A stretch of 64,000 bases of DNA, taken from a virus (lineage: Duplodnaviria > Caudoviricetes). Position numbers and translations under genes: made by a program. The notes under the pieces are model-generated. The model saw only the letters and a list, made by a program, of their open reading frames with translations, was not told the origin of the DNA and searched no databases. The stretch covers positions 1,608 through 65,607 of IMG/VR virus record IMGVR_UViG_3300037466_001900. One strand, written 5' to 3'. Shown piece after piece: positions 36,404 to 45,232 of this stretch (position 1 is the first letter of the stretch; the number at the start of each line of letters is the position of its first letter).

Positions 36404-36906
36404 TGGGCGCCCTCTCAATAGCCAGCGTTCAACTCGAGGCCCACAAACAGATCTCGAAGAACCTCACCCTCCGTCGAGTCAACTCGGCCAATGAGTTTGA
36501 GTGGATATTCACCGACGGCGAAACCCGCCGAGCCCAGCGTGTCCCCATCGACAAGATCCGGGGATTGAAACTCGACGAATGGCTTCGATACGCCCGCGGG
36601 CTGGCAGAGGGGCAAGTCATTGAAGGGGCGCCCGCTCCAATCCTGAACGCGGCGGAGGAGCGGCCGACGGGGCCGGCAGGAGGACCTAACCCCTCATTCA
36701 TGCTCATCAAGAACCGGCAGACAACCATTCCGTTCGACCCCGACCCAGAAGTCCAGGGCTATCGTGACGCCACTAGGGGCATCACCGCCTGTCCATATGG
36801 AACAGAAGAGTGCCGTACTAAGTGGAACCGCGGGCACGATCGGGCGGTGGCTGAAGGCGTAGCTGAGAAGCCGCGGTTCGGACTTACGGCTGGACGGAGG
36901 CACTAA
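36403..36906 (+). CDS. Hypothetical protein with C-terminal Rmf/CrpP-like motif
   Basis: GYRDATRG..ACPY.....KWNRGH. Confidence 0.6.
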   Translation: MGALSIASVQLEAHKQISKNLTLRRVNSANEFEWIFTDGETRRAQRVPIDKIRGLKLDEWLRYARGLAEGQVIEGAPAPILNAAEERPTGPAGGPNPSFMLIKNRQTTIPFDPDPEVQGYRDATRGITACPYGTEECRTKWNRGHDRAVAEGVAEKPRFGLTAGRRH

Positions 36907-37070
36907 TTTGACTAAGCCGACAACAGGATGGCGGACCGCCGAGGCTAACATGCAAGATATTGCTGGCTGTTCCTGTTGTGTAGTTCTCCTAGTCTTAGCT
37001 GCATTAATGACAGCACTGCTCTACGTTATAGCCTAAGCAACAAGAAATATTTCGGCACAGACAAAATAGA

Positions 37071-37098
37071 GGGTTTTATTCATCTGCAAGTAGTGACA
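37071..37098 (+). promoter_or_regulatory. Conserved early promoter-like motif, copy 2
   Basis: GGGTTTTA-N15-TGACA. Confidence 0.65.
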
Positions 37099-37137
37099 CA
37101 AACCTTACTACCGACCACCACAAAGGAGACCACCACA

Positions 37138-37887
37138 ATGACACCCGAACTCCGCGACATTCTTTTGAAGGGCCCAGTCACCTCCAAGTTCATTGGTGAG
37201 GCCCTCAACCTTTCCCCTGGCCGGGTTCGCGCCCTGCTAAAGGAAGACCAAGCCACGATCCGCTGCCGCAAGAGCGACGGGCTTGGCAACGTATTCTGGC
37301 TCGAGCCTGAGGGCGACTTTGAAGCTTCGTCCGAAGAGCTCGCCGCCCAGGTTCTCCGCAAGGAGATCCAGGAGAACAAGAACCCGCCGGCCGAAACGCC
37401 GGAAGGTGCCTGCCCGCTATGCCAGGCTGAAGCGGATCAGGTTCAAGCAGGCCCGGAAGGTTCCTATCTCGGAGCATGCCGGACTTGCGCAGCCTGCAAG
37501 CGAACATACAACGTGTTCACAAAAGAGGAGATCAAGATGGCCAAGGAAAAGAAGACCGAGGGTAAGCGCGCTGCTCCCCTCAATCCGCAGTATAAGATTA
37601 ATCAGCGCATCGCAGCGGCCGAACAGGCCGGCGGCAAGCTCGTCTATCAGCGTGACGGCCGCACATGGCTGCTCACCAAGAAGGGCGTCGAGCCGAAGAC
37701 GATGACTGCGGTGGAATTTGCCAACGAGGACGCGGCGTCGATCCACAAGTATCTGGGTTTCACTCCGCCGGCGCCTCCTGCAAAGGCCGAGAAGCCGTCG
37801 AAGACAGCCCCGGCCACTGGAGGTGGAAAGACCTCGAAGGGTAAGGCGTCGGCCCCGAAGGCGGAGAAGGTCCCCGAGACCGTTTAA
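37138..37887 (+). CDS. Putative DNA-binding protein (HTH, Zn ribbon, Lys/Pro-rich tail)
   Basis: TSKFIGEALNLSPGRVR; CPLC..C..C; start ATG 37138 after AAGGAG. Confidence 0.65.
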   Translation: MTPELRDILLKGPVTSKFIGEALNLSPGRVRALLKEDQATIRCRKSDGLGNVFWLEPEGDFEASSEELAAQVLRKEIQENKNPPAETPEGACPLCQAEADQVQAGPEGSYLGACRTCAACKRTYNVFTKEEIKMAKEKKTEGKRAAPLNPQYKINQRIAAAEQAGGKLVYQRDGRTWLLTKKGVEPKTMTAVEFANEDAASIHKYLGFTPPAPPAKAEKPSKTAPATGGGKTSKGKASAPKAEKVPETV

Positions 37888-37900
37888 GCCTAGGTGACCT

Positions 37901-37941
37901 AAAGGCGGGCCGAACCCAACCCCTCTCGGCCCGCCTTTTTC
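37901..37941 (+). terminator. Intrinsic terminator
   Basis: AAAGGCGGGCCGA...TCGGCCCGCCTTTTT. Confidence 0.85.
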
Positions 37942-37969
37942 CTTAAGCCCACCACGAGAGGAGGATACC

Positions 37970-38377
37970 ATGGCATTCCGTATCACTAGTATTGAGCGAG
38001 GTCGCCTAAACGCTTTTAGCGTCCAGCTGTCGAAGGAACACACAGACCTCAGCGGCACGGTCGACGAGCAGCTCGAAATCATCAACACCGCCGTCGAGAA
38101 GATCAATGGCGCGATCGACACATACAACGAGGCCCTGAACTCCGCCAGGGGCTACGTCGAGGACATCCAGTCCCAGGCCCAGAGCGACTACGACGATAAG
38201 TCCGAACGCTGGCAGGAGAGCGAGCGGGGTGGGGCCGTCCAGGAATGGATCAGCACTCTCGAGAACCTAGTCGCCGAGATGGAGGACGTCGAGCAGCTCG
38301 CCCTCGACCTGCCGGACAACAACTACACCGACCACTCCGAATTCTTCGACACGATCGAAGATGAGCCGAGCTACTGA
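37970..38377 (+). CDS. Acidic helical hypothetical protein
   Basis: GAGGAGG RBS; DYDDKSERWQESERG. Confidence 0.7.
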   Translation: MAFRITSIERGRLNAFSVQLSKEHTDLSGTVDEQLEIINTAVEKINGAIDTYNEALNSARGYVEDIQSQAQSDYDDKSERWQESERGGAVQEWISTLENLVAEMEDVEQLALDLPDNNYTDHSEFFDTIEDEPSY

Positions 38378-38378
38378 C

Positions 38379-38549
38379 ATGACCGAGGAACAGCTCGAGG
38401 CGCTGATCAGTCTCATGCAGGCGGTTGCCTACAAGGAGGCCGGGAGCGCAACTCACCAGCCACGGTGCAAGGGGATAGTCGAGGATGCGGCCGATGAAGT
38501 CCGCATGGCCTTCGACATGCCACTGGTTGACAGGGAGGACAACGAATGA
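38379..38549 (+). CDS. Hypothetical protein
   Basis: Small coupled ORF. Confidence 0.5.
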   Translation: MTEEQLEALISLMQAVAYKEAGSATHQPRCKGIVEDAADEVRMAFDMPLVDREDNE

Positions 38550-38767
38550 AGTACGTTCACACGGTCCGTCGTGGCCACAGCTACCTCACCCGCGTCGACG
38601 AGGACGTGATCGCCAGGGTTCGCCTGGCCAAGATCCGGGGGTTCAGCGAGACCTTCTGGACGGGCAGAGGATGGGTTCCCGTCCGGGTCGAGCGGCGATC
38701 GGATGCCGACCTGTACCAGCGGATGATGGCCGCCAAAGGCCTCCAGGTCCGAGTAGGTGCAGCATGA
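38546..38767 (+). CDS. Hypothetical basic protein
   Basis: ATGA-coupled. Confidence 0.5.
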   Translation: MKYVHTVRRGHSYLTRVDEDVIARVRLAKIRGFSETFWTGRGWVPVRVERRSDADLYQRMMAAKGLQVRVGAA

Positions 38768-38925
38768 CAGGACCAGGCATCTTCAAGCGGATCATCCAGG
38801 TCGTCCAGCGCGACCCCGATCGGAGGCACGACACCCGTCACCTCGAGTGCGGCCACAAGGTCATCGTCCCCAGGGCGAGGCTCCACCCGATGACGTCCAG
38901 GTGCAGAAAGTGTGAAGGAGAATAA
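38764..38925 (+). CDS. Small Zn-finger protein
   Basis: LECGH...RCRKC; ATGA overlap. Confidence 0.55.
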   Translation: MTGPGIFKRIIQVVQRDPDRRHDTRHLECGHKVIVPRARLHPMTSRCRKCEGE

Positions 38926-38928
38926 GCC

Positions 38929-39216
38929 ATGCGAGAGAATGCGTTCAACGAGAAGATCCTGCAGCCTAACGATACCTACAAAGACCTTGAGGATGTCTGG
39001 GAAGACCGCTTCGGCGAACTGCCACCCGAGGAGCTGGTGGTCGAGATCAACCCCACGTTCGACGAGGTCTACAAGATCGGCGGTGAATTCCGAGATCCTG
39101 CTACCGGCGAGGGTGTCGCCTTCGACGGCTTCGCCACTGTCGACGGGGCCAGGGCATGGCTCGAGAATAGCCTAGACATCGACCCTGACTGGATCGAGAT
39201 ACTCGAGGCGGAATAG
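38929..39216 (+). CDS. Acidic hypothetical protein
   Basis: RBS GAAGGAG. Confidence 0.6.
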   Translation: MRENAFNEKILQPNDTYKDLEDVWEDRFGELPPEELVVEINPTFDEVYKIGGEFRDPATGEGVAFDGFATVDGARAWLENSLDIDPDWIEILEAE

Positions 39217-39240
39217 AACCAGCAGCGTGGTGCTGTCGGT

Positions 39241-39284
39241 GGCGACGGGTCAGGTTATGCTTCCTCACCCGTCGCCTTTTTTTC
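39241..39284 (+). terminator. Intrinsic terminator
   Basis: GGCGACGGGT...ACCCGTCGCC followed by a T run. Confidence 0.85.
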
Positions 39285-39293
39285 TTGGGGAGG

Positions 39294-39321
39294 GGGTTTT
39301 AATCCATCTTAAACTATGACA
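39294..39321 (+). promoter_or_regulatory. Conserved early promoter-like motif, copy 3
   Basis: GGGTTTTA-N15-TGACA immediately after a terminator. Confidence 0.65.
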
Positions 39322-39362
39322 CTGAAAGTCCGAAGGCCACCACGCTCGAAGGAGATACCCGA

Positions 39363-40139
39363 ATGACTGAAGACAAGGCCAAGATGGCCGCCAAGATCCA
39401 GGCGCTCCTGGCGAAGGCGGCATCGACCGAACACGAGGCAGAAGCCGAAGCCTTCATGAGGAAGGCCCAGAAGCTCCTTGAGGAACACCAGATCAACCTG
39501 GGCGAGTTCATCAACGCGGACGATCCGGTCATCATCGACGAGAATGGCTTCGAGCAGACCGACTCATCCCCCAGCTGGTATAAGGACCTGTACATGGCGG
39601 TCGGCGGGCTCTATGGCTGCCGGGCTGTCCTCGCGCCCAAGATCCTGAAGACCTCACGCGGCAATGAGCGGTGGGGCTACGCGATCGAACTGGTCGGCCG
39701 CCAGTCGGCGATCACCACGGCCCAGCTGATGTTCCCCTGGATCAAGCAGCAGTGTTTCGAGAAAGGCCGGCAGATATGGAGGGACGCCGTTCGCGAGCAA
39801 TGCCTGGAGCTCGGCCTGACCCCACCGACGAAGTTCAATACCAAGGAGGACGCCAACCAGGAGAAGAAGCAGGCCCGCCGGGTCGGCAACGCCCTGGTCC
39901 AGCGGATCTGGAAGCTTGTCCGGGAACAGGAAGGTCAGGACCCATCCACCGCCGCGGGCAAGAACGCTTTGATCACCCTCGACCGAGTGGCCACGATCTA
40001 CGATGACTATACTAAGGACATGGACGAAATGAAGAACATGCCCACCGTCTCGAACAGGCAGGCCCGGGACGCCGCCAACTCGATCGGGCTCCACCGGCAG
40101 ACCGGTTCATCCTCCAACCTCCAGATCGGGAGCAACTGA
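39363..40139 (+). CDS. DUF2786-domain protein
   Basis: KIQALLAKAAST..EAEAFMRKAQKLL. Confidence 0.8.
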   Translation: MTEDKAKMAAKIQALLAKAASTEHEAEAEAFMRKAQKLLEEHQINLGEFINADDPVIIDENGFEQTDSSPSWYKDLYMAVGGLYGCRAVLAPKILKTSRGNERWGYAIELVGRQSAITTAQLMFPWIKQQCFEKGRQIWRDAVREQCLELGLTPPTKFNTKEDANQEKKQARRVGNALVQRIWKLVREQEGQDPSTAAGKNALITLDRVATIYDDYTKDMDEMKNMPTVSNRQARDAANSIGLHRQTGSSSNLQIGSN

Positions 40140-40546
40140 TGACCTTCCTTCCACTCTGGGCCAAGTGGCTCGCCCTTCATTGCGTTGACTATCCCGAGGA
40201 GATGCGGAGGATAGAAAGCCTGAGGCCCCGCAAGAACTGGGCAATCCTAATCGCCGACGACGAGCTCGCCTGCATCTACCAGCGGATGCGCTTCCGCCTG
40301 GAACGTGCCCGGTATGCCTGCGGACATAGAGCCCTCATTGGCGAAGGGTCGGTCCAGGTTGTCGACGGCCAGCTAGCCGTAGTGTGGGAGAACGCCACCG
40401 CGATCGCCGAACACAACCGCAAGAACTTCGATCGGAACCACCGCCAGCGAGCAGTAAAGGCCAAGCAGATCATGGCTGACAAACACCATCCTCGAGAGGC
40501 CTTCGAGACCTTCCTACATGCTAGAGACCTGGAGCGTTACGCATGA
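40139..40546 (+). CDS. Hypothetical protein
   Basis: Coupled ORF. Confidence 0.55.
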   Translation: MTFLPLWAKWLALHCVDYPEEMRRIESLRPRKNWAILIADDELACIYQRMRFRLERARYACGHRALIGEGSVQVVDGQLAVVWENATAIAEHNRKNFDRNHRQRAVKAKQIMADKHHPREAFETFLHARDLERYA

Positions 40547-40761
40547 GGCATAAGGCATCAGCTAAGCCCCCTCGATCGCCCGAGGCGAAGGCCAGGAGCA
40601 GGATGCGGGTGGACTTCATCGGCATCACGCTCTGCACCTTCCTCATCCCCTGGTGGTTCTACGACTGGGTGGAGAGCCGGCATACCTCGGCGTTCATCTT
40701 CCTCATCGCAGGAATGGCCCTCTGGCTGACCCTGTTCATCCGCCTGGTAAGGAGTATCTAA
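40543..40761 (+). CDS. Two-TM membrane protein
   Basis: Basic N-terminus plus two hydrophobic helices. Confidence 0.55.
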   Translation: MRHKASAKPPRSPEAKARSRMRVDFIGITLCTFLIPWWFYDWVESRHTSAFIFLIAGMALWLTLFIRLVRSI

Positions 40762-41288
40762 TGAGTGGACATGCTGTCATCCCCATCCCCCACCCGGACC
40801 TGAAAGTCCTGTCGGCAGCCATGAAGCTCCGAGGGCCGAAGGGCATGTGCTTCCATAGGTCGGTCGCCCTGGCAATGGACCTGCCCAGCTCCGCGGTGGT
40901 GGTCGCCACGCTTCGAGCGGCCACGCCCGAGGAACAGGTAGGGCACCCCGAACGCTCGACGGTCCCGTTCATCCACGCCTGGGTTGAATTCCAGGACAAG
41001 CTCATGGCCCCGTCGACGATCGAGCAGATGGGCGGCCTAGTCTTCATGCAACCCAGGAACTACTACGAGGTCAACGGCGCCAGGGACATTCGCCGGCTAC
41101 CGAGGCAAGCCCTGGTCAACCATGTAGCTGACAACCATGTGATGCGGGAGCTACTCTACGGTATCCACCCTGGCATCCCTGGCTATCTGGTAGGCCGGCT
41201 CCTCGATGCAGTCGGAGTTAAATACCTAGTGTCGCCCCAGGGCGGTGTTATCCCGCTGGCATCGAGAGGAGAAGCAAACGATGGCTAA
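40761..41288 (+). CDS. Possible transglutaminase/papain-like fold protein
   Basis: GMCFHRS ... HAWVE Cys-His-Glu pattern; start ATG 40761 after AAGGAG. Confidence 0.5.
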   Translation: MSGHAVIPIPHPDLKVLSAAMKLRGPKGMCFHRSVALAMDLPSSAVVVATLRAATPEEQVGHPERSTVPFIHAWVEFQDKLMAPSTIEQMGGLVFMQPRNYYEVNGARDIRRLPRQALVNHVADNHVMRELLYGIHPGIPGYLVGRLLDAVGVKYLVSPQGGVIPLASRGEANDG

Positions 41289-41327
41289 GTGTCTCTATCA
41301 TCAACTACTAATCTGGAGGATACACTG

Positions 41328-41486
41328 ATGAAGAAGTTCATGATCGTGACGGCAGTGATAACAGTCCACCGCAAGCATAGCGCCGGCTGGGTTCGAGACC
41401 ATATCAGCGAACGACTCACCGACTTTACCCCTGTCGCCCATCTAACGGTCGAAGAATACCAAGCAAAGGAGGAACCCAATGGCTAG
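41328..41486 (+). CDS. Hypothetical protein
   Basis: GGAGG RBS. Confidence 0.45.
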   Translation: MKKFMIVTAVITVHRKHSAGWVRDHISERLTDFTPVAHLTVEEYQAKEEPNG

Positions 41487-42060
41487 AGTAAAATACCAGA
41501 AGGCGGCAAAGGACTACCCCGCGGCCGGCATCAAAAAGGGGCAGATGTATTACTACACTAGGATCAAGACCAGCGCGTACTCCAGCCGGCAGATCCGCCA
41601 GCTGACCCCGATCCGGCCGAGCCAGATGACGACCTCGGCTTTCCTCAGCCAGTATTATAGCCTGCAGGAACGCCTTCAGGACTTCAATGGTGGGATTGCC
41701 GATTTGTCTGACTTCCTTAATGGCCTGGCCGAAGACGCCCGATCCCTGGGCGAAGAGGAGCAGGAGAAGTACGACAACATGCCTGAGAGCCTCCAAGGCG
41801 GGGACACCGGGCAGATGATCGAGGAGCGAGCCCAGGCGATGGAAGCGTGGGCCGAAAGCCTCGAGGCCGCGGCATCGACAGCCGAGGAGAAAGCCAGCGA
41901 GTTCGACGACAACGACCAAGTGTGGTCGGACTACGACGCCGCCATGGGCGACTACGACCCCGAGACGAAGGAAGAGCCGGCTGAACCCGAGGAGGAGCGG
42001 ATGAACGAAGCCGACCTGATCCAGGAAGTCCTGGGCGAGATCGAGGAGCCTTCAGTATGA
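41479..42060 (+). CDS. Highly acidic helical hypothetical protein
   Basis: EKYDNMPESLQGGDTG; E/D-rich C-terminus. Confidence 0.7.
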   Translation: MARVKYQKAAKDYPAAGIKKGQMYYYTRIKTSAYSSRQIRQLTPIRPSQMTTSAFLSQYYSLQERLQDFNGGIADLSDFLNGLAEDARSLGEEEQEKYDNMPESLQGGDTGQMIEERAQAMEAWAESLEAAASTAEEKASEFDDNDQVWSDYDAAMGDYDPETKEEPAEPEEERMNEADLIQEVLGEIEEPSV

Positions 42061-42230
42061 TATGGTTCCAAGCCGCCTTTGACCGAGAGGCCAACTATGG
42101 ACAGCAGTGGGTAGTTCTCCAGATGCGGTTAAACGATGATGGAAACGTTTGGGGGTTTCCTGTAGCTCGTTACCCTACCCGCCACGAGGCACAGGGCCAT
42201 AGTCGTAAAAACTGGGAGAGGTTACCATGA
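42057..42230 (+). CDS. Hypothetical 57 aa protein (not in ORF track)
   Basis: ATGA overlaps at both ends. Confidence 0.45.
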   Translation: MIWFQAAFDREANYGQQWVVLQMRLNDDGNVWGFPVARYPTRHEAQGHSRKNWERLP

Positions 42231-42430
42231 GACCTGAAGAGGTCAAAGTCGGCGTAGTCTTCGAATGGGCCTATACACCCAACTTCAAGGTCTCGGCGAA
42301 GATGACGATCGAGGAGCTCACTCCGGACTACCATGCCTGGGTGAGGTTCAATGATAGCGGAACCAGAAACTGCCTCTCGGTCTCTACCCTGCTATCCGAC
42401 CATGCGAGACTGGTCGAACCGGCTCTTTAA
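42227..42430 (+). CDS. Hypothetical SH3-like small protein
   Basis: MRPEEVKVG...beta-rich. Confidence 0.5.
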   Translation: MRPEEVKVGVVFEWAYTPNFKVSAKMTIEELTPDYHAWVRFNDSGTRNCLSVSTLLSDHARLVEPAL

Positions 42431-42457
42431 CGACTAGTGAAATAAATCTGAACAGAG

Positions 42458-42485
42458 GGGTTTTATCCATCTACATTTTATGACA
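42458..42485 (+). promoter_or_regulatory. Conserved early promoter-like motif, copy 4
   Basis: GGGTTTTA-N15-TGACA. Confidence 0.65.
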
Positions 42486-42522
42486 TGGAGTTCTTCGACC
42501 ACCACGACGAAGGAGCCACCAC

Positions 42523-42768
42523 ATGCCAAAGAATGTCTCAACCAAGTTCACCGTCGAAGGCCGCGGCCCGTTCCCGATTGACATGCTTAGATATGACGCG
42601 GCGCACCCCTATCAGACCCAAGACGCGTTCGCGATCGCCGACAGCTTTGATACGTCCGACGGCTACAAGCCGTGGGAGGTCCAGCTGATCACCGCCCAGT
42701 GGAATGGGCCAACCTCGGCCCGCTGGGCTAGCTTCATGTGCCGCGTCACGAAAGAGGAGCGTTACTGA
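42523..42768 (+). CDS. Conserved phage hypothetical protein
   Basis: FTVEG.G.FPIDMLRYD...RWASF. Confidence 0.65.
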   Translation: MPKNVSTKFTVEGRGPFPIDMLRYDAAHPYQTQDAFAIADSFDTSDGYKPWEVQLITAQWNGPTSARWASFMCRVTKEERY

Positions 42769-43046
42769 TGACCCTCCCCTCCCGTCTCGCACTCCAGTTC
42801 TCCCGGGAACTCCGCGAAGCCCTCACCGCCACCCAGATGAAGATTGTCCTTGAGCGGAACGCCGCCGAGGAACATCCGGACATCTGCCACTCGCACGACT
42901 TCCTCGACGCCAACATGATCATGGCCTCCGCCTTTGAGAAGGTCCACGGCCACTTCGTTGACCCGACGATCGAAGGCGACTGCGAAAAATGGAACGCCGC
43001 ATGGAAAGAGGCGAAAGCCAACCAGTTCAAGACGGGGAGGGCCTAA
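42768..43046 (+). CDS. Hypothetical protein
   Basis: CHSHDFLDANM.M motif; TGATG overlap. Confidence 0.65.
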   Translation: MTLPSRLALQFSRELREALTATQMKIVLERNAAEEHPDICHSHDFLDANMIMASAFEKVHGHFVDPTIEGDCEKWNAAWKEAKANQFKTGRA

Positions 43047-43049
43047 CCC

Positions 43050-43487
43050 ATGTTCACCTCTGCCAATTTCTTCCGTGAGTTCGCCCTGGCCGGGAATGCC
43101 CGGTTCACGGTGGTCTCGAAGAAGACGAACGCCCGCTTCACCTTCCGCGTCCGCCAGCCCGAAGGCAAGCCCTGGTTCGTCTCGGTCCTGACCGGGGCGG
43201 ACAACGAGAGCGACTACACGTTCCTCGGGACGATCTTCCAGGACGGGACCTTCCGCCATTCCCCGCGGTCGGCGATCGGGGCCTCAGCTCCATCGGCCAC
43301 CGCCTTTGCCTGGCTATGGGATCGGACCCGCTCAAACGCCTTCGACCTCATGCCCGCCCAGGTGGACGTCCACCACGAAGGCCGCTGTGGCCGGTGCGGT
43401 CGGACCCTTACCGTTCCTGAGTCGATCGAGAGCGGGTTCGGTCCCGAGTGTATCAACCTGGTCGGCCAAGTCCGGAGGGCAGCATGA
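43050..43487 (+). CDS. DUF6011-domain protein
   Basis: HEGRCGRCGR.LT.PESI..GFGPEC. Confidence 0.8.
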   Translation: MFTSANFFREFALAGNARFTVVSKKTNARFTFRVRQPEGKPWFVSVLTGADNESDYTFLGTIFQDGTFRHSPRSAIGASAPSATAFAWLWDRTRSNAFDLMPAQVDVHHEGRCGRCGRTLTVPESIESGFGPECINLVGQVRRAA

Positions 43488-43750
43488 TCAGCCGCGAAAC
43501 CCACATCACCCGTCTGTTCGAAGGGACTGCCGCCGGAGAAGACGGGCTCGAGGTCGAGCTTGAACTAGACCTTGCCGAGGCCGAACCTGACGTCGGCATC
43601 ATGGGGCCTTACATCGACGACTAGAAGGTCATAGCAGTCAATGGTAAGACCGACAAGGAAACCTGTAAGGCCGTTGAGCAGTTAATCATTCAGGAATATG
43701 GCGAGGACGAATTTGTCGAACGCCTATACGATGAAGGAGTAGGATCATGA
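43484..43750 (+). pseudogene. 88-codon ORF interrupted by in-frame TAG at 43622-43624
   Basis: ATGA overlaps with both neighbours; frame continuous except for one TAG. Confidence 0.6.
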
Positions 43751-43992
43751 ACAACAAAGGAGTTCAATTCATCCACGAACGGACCCGGCGCCTGACCGTA
43801 GGAAACAAGGAAGAGGCTTCGCAGGTTCTTCACGATGCGATCGCATCACGGGCCGAGGCACTCGACGCGGGGAAGACCGTTCCGGACCTGAAAACCTTCA
43901 CCGACCATCTTGTGTGGCTCCTGGGGTTTGATACCCTCACCGACCAACGCGACGAAATCCATCGCTTCGTCGACAAGATCATCATCGACTAG
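43747..43992 (+). CDS. Hypothetical protein
   Basis: RBS GAAGGAG. Confidence 0.55.
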   Translation: MNNKGVQFIHERTRRLTVGNKEEASQVLHDAIASRAEALDAGKTVPDLKTFTDHLVWLLGFDTLTDQRDEIHRFVDKIIID

Positions 43993-44019
43993 TCTACCAC
44001 GAGAGAAGGAGCCACCACA

Positions 44020-44268
44020 ATGAGCAAGTATGTTTTAATCACTGTCTTCGAAGACGGCAAGGTCGGGACAACCACCGCTGAAGGCTATTATGCCGAAAGC
44101 GCTTGTGACCGGCTATTCGACGAAGCCATCCGCAACGAGAAGGTCCTATCGGCCATTGTAATCGACGGCCCTGAGTTCGGCGAGTCCCCTCGGCGCTATT
44201 ACTACAAGTTTGCCACCATGAGGCGCGATCCCGAAGCCGAATTTGACGAAGCATCTAAACAACGTTAA
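44020..44268 (+). CDS. Hypothetical protein
   Basis: RBS GAAGGAG. Confidence 0.55.
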   Translation: MSKYVLITVFEDGKVGTTTAEGYYAESACDRLFDEAIRNEKVLSAIVIDGPEFGESPRRYYYKFATMRRDPEAEFDEASKQR

Positions 44269-44296
44269 CTGATCCACCACGAGAAGGAGACTGAAT

Positions 44297-45061
44297 ATGT
44301 TCCATGACTTCAAATCATTCCTCGGCGAACTCCCCTCGCACCGCTGCGAAGAGACGACGACCGACAAGTACATGTTCATCGACACCCGCCAGGTTGTCGA
44401 GGACATGCTCGACCTCGGCTACGAGGTTGCAGACTTCCGCCGGCCAAAGCACCGCACTCGGGCCGGTGCCTATGCGGTCCACGAGGTCGACTTCAGGCGG
44501 CCCCAGGACGTCAAGAAGGCCAAGGCCGAGGCCCCACGGGTCCTCTTCATCAACTCATACGACGGCAGCAAGCGCGCCCAGTTCATCGCCGGCCTCATTC
44601 GGTTTGCCTGCTCGAACGGCCTGGTGATCGGCGACCTGATCCAACACGAGAAGTTCCTGCACCTCGGCGACCATGCCCAGGCGATCCTCGACGGCCTTAA
44701 GCGAGTTGCCAAGGACACGGCCATGGCATTCGACGCAATCGACAAGTATCAGGAAGTCGAGCCAAGCCCCGAGACCCTGCGGGAAATGGCCCGCCGAGCC
44801 CTGGAAATCCGGTTTCCGGACGAGGAGACCCGCCCGATCGCCGACCCCGACGACCTGCTCCAGATCCGCCGCGAGGAAGACCTTCGGCCCAATCTCTGGG
44901 TGAAGTGGAACGTCCTCCAAGAAAATATTCTAAAAGGTGGGGTTCCCATGAAAAACAACAAGGGCCAGGTTCGCCTGTCCGGGCCGGTGGGGAATATTGA
45001 GAGGAGCAACGCGCTGAACGGCGCGCTTTGGAACCTCCTCGACGAGTTCGCTACCGCGTAA
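44297..45061 (+). CDS. DUF932/DUF945-family protein
   Basis: INSYDGS..AQFIAGLIRFACSNGLV, WNVLQEN. Confidence 0.85.
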   Translation: MFHDFKSFLGELPSHRCEETTTDKYMFIDTRQVVEDMLDLGYEVADFRRPKHRTRAGAYAVHEVDFRRPQDVKKAKAEAPRVLFINSYDGSKRAQFIAGLIRFACSNGLVIGDLIQHEKFLHLGDHAQAILDGLKRVAKDTAMAFDAIDKYQEVEPSPETLREMARRALEIRFPDEETRPIADPDDLLQIRREEDLRPNLWVKWNVLQENILKGGVPMKNNKGQVRLSGPVGNIERSNALNGALWNLLDEFATA

Positions 45062-45087
45062 CACCGCCACCAAGGTGGCAGGAACAA

Positions 45088-45125
45088 GAAAGGCCCGATC
45101 GGAACCTAATCCGGTCGGGCCTTTC
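45088..45125 (+). terminator. Intrinsic terminator
   Basis: GAAAGGCCCGATCGGA-loop-TCCGGTCGGGCCTTTC. Confidence 0.7.
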
Positions 45126-45232
45126 CGTTCCCTGCCACCACGCGAAGGAACTGAAGAGGGGTATATGTCAGAAATCGGCCTGGTTGACCAATCGGAATTG
45201 TTTCTGTCAATTCTCGCGGTTGGTCATAAATA

